Source: an uncultured bacterium (GTDB taxonomy: Bacteria; Actinomycetota; Acidimicrobiia; Spongiisociales; UBA5794). Taken from it: a DNA stretch of 64,000 bases. Of the stretch, positions 62,767 through 64,000 are shown in pieces (the stretch's first letter is position 1; each line of letters begins with the position of its first letter). The notes beneath the pieces were generated by a model. It did no database searches and was not told the origin of the DNA. It saw nothing but the letters and a program-made list of their open reading frames with translations. Both the position numbers and the translations under genes were made by a program. The DNA lies in NCBI GenBank assembly GCA_963801165.1, contig CAWDDT010000003.1, positions 1 through 64,000 of the forward strand, written 5' to 3'.

Positions 62767-64000
62767 TCAGGCGCCTTCTAAGAGCGTTGCCTCCCATTCG
62801 CGACCGAAGGGATACGAGTAGGCGTCGATCGATGAGGGGTGCATCGTGATGCTCGTGCCGGGTGCCGTTGGAGCGACATAGTGGCCGTCGCGAATGATCA
62901 CTGGATCCACGAAATGCTCGTGCAGATGATCGACGTACTCGGTCACCCGCCCCTCGGTGGTTTTGCTCACCGCGAGGTAGTCGAATATGGACAGGTGCTG
63001 CACATACTCGCACAGGCCAACTCCACCGGCGTGGGGACACACGGCGACCCCGAACTTGGCGGCCATCAGCTGAACCGCCAGCGCCTCGTTGATGCCCCCG
63101 AGCCGGCACGGATCGATCTGGGCGAACCTTATGGCATCGCTCTGGAAGAGCTGTTTGAACATCACACGGTTGTGGCAGTGCTCGCCCGTGGCGACACCGA
63201 TACCCATCGGTTCCATGGCTTGGGCGATCCGGGCATGGCCGAGAATGTCGTCGGGACTGGTCGGCTCCTCGATCCACAGCGGCTGGAATGACGCGAGCTC
63301 GTTCATCCACGTGATTGCCTCGTCTACGTCCCACACCTGGTTTGCATCCAGCATCAGGGCGTGCTCGTCGCCGATCACACCGCGTACGAGCGCGGCGCGC
63401 CGGATGTCCTCCTGCAGATCACGACCCACCTTCAGTTTGAAATGTCGCCATCCCTGGGCCAGTCCCTCGTTGCACAGCGTACGAACCTTGTCGTCGGAGT
63501 ATCCCAGCCAACCGACTGAAGTCGTGTAGGCCGGACATCCCTTCGCCAGCACCTGCTCGAACCGCCTGTCACGACCACGGAGTCCGTCTTCCAGAATGGC
63601 AAACGCCTCATCGGGAGTGAGGGCGTCGGTGATATAGCGGAATGGGATGCACCTGACCAGATCTTCAGGTGTCATGTCGGCCAGCAACCGCCACAGCGGC
63701 TTGCCCTCCACTTTGGCGTACAGGTCCCAGACTGCATTCACCACGGCGGCGGTGGCCAGGTGGATCACGCCCTTCTCGGGCCCAACCCACCGCAGCTGCC
63801 CATCCTCGACCAGCGAGCTCCAGAAGGCTCCGAGATCGGCGGTTATCGTGTCGAGATCCCGGCCCACCACAAGGGGGGCCAGGGCCTTGATCGCGGCCAC
63901 GCAGAGCTCGTTTCCGCGGCCGGTCGTAAACGTCAATCCGTGGCCGGTCGCGCCGGGGATGTCCGTCTTCAGCATCACGTACGCAGCTGAATAGTCCGGG
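62767..64000 (-). CDS. L-fuconate dehydratase (enolase superfamily), 5' end outside window
   Basis: PDYSAAY, GLTFT.GRGN, RWVGPEKG, KLKVG, DANQ, WIEEPTSPDD, PHAGGVGLCE, HLHEHF. Confidence 0.9.
   Translation of the reverse strand, partial: PDYSAAYVMLKTDIPGATGHGLTFTTGRGNELCVAAIKALAPLVVGRDLDTITADLGAFWSSLVEDGQLRWVGPEKGVIHLATAAVVNAVWDLYAKVEGKPLWRLLADMTPEDLVRCIPFRYITDALTPDEAFAILEDGLRGRDRRFEQVLAKGCPAYTTSVGWLGYSDDKVRTLCNEGLAQGWRHFKLKVGRDLQEDIRRAALVRGVIGDEHALMLDANQVWDVDEAITWMNELASFQPLWIEEPTSPDDILGHARIAQAMEPMGIGVATGEHCHNRVMFKQLFQSDAIRFAQIDPCRLGGINEALAVQLMAAKFGVAVCPHAGGVGLCEYVQHLSIFDYLAVSKTTEGRVTEYVDHLHEHFVDPVIIRDGHYVAPTAPGTSITMHPSSIDAYSYPFGREWEATLLEGA

Overview
High-GC actinobacterial DNA; gene content and Cys-containing SLH-like repeats suggest Acidimicrobiia (inference). 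The window is an accessory patchwork with no core housekeeping genes and no intact RNA gene. The left ~16 kb carries three same-strand degenerate tRNA-fMet 3' remnants, each followed by a hairpin, plus a vestigial tyrosine-integrase C-terminus and a truncated IS481, pointing to a decayed tandem-island hotspot. Highlights: (1) a sigma28/WhiG-type promoter driving a subtilisin with a 17-unit Trp pentapeptide (GVSWS) tail and a membrane-GAF-GGDEF-EAL protein; (2) a UxxC selenocysteine redoxin lipoprotein with a SECIS-like hairpin, split in the ORF track; (3) a gluconokinase fused to a LarA-family (GntE-like) epimerase, divergent from a UxuB-like dehydrogenase and near L-fuconate dehydratase; (4) a dispersed resistome: rph with no visible RAE, DrrAB-like ABC, UvrA2/DrrC-like, AlkZ-like; (5) a membrane-tethered BTAD regulator and an orphan eCIS-like domain. 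Also present: a LacI-controlled ABC/GH31 operon, GH127, furA-katG, CDF/ArsR and MerR. About ten single-base frameshifts in the first 36 kb are probably sequencing errors. All family calls come from motif recognition, not database searches.
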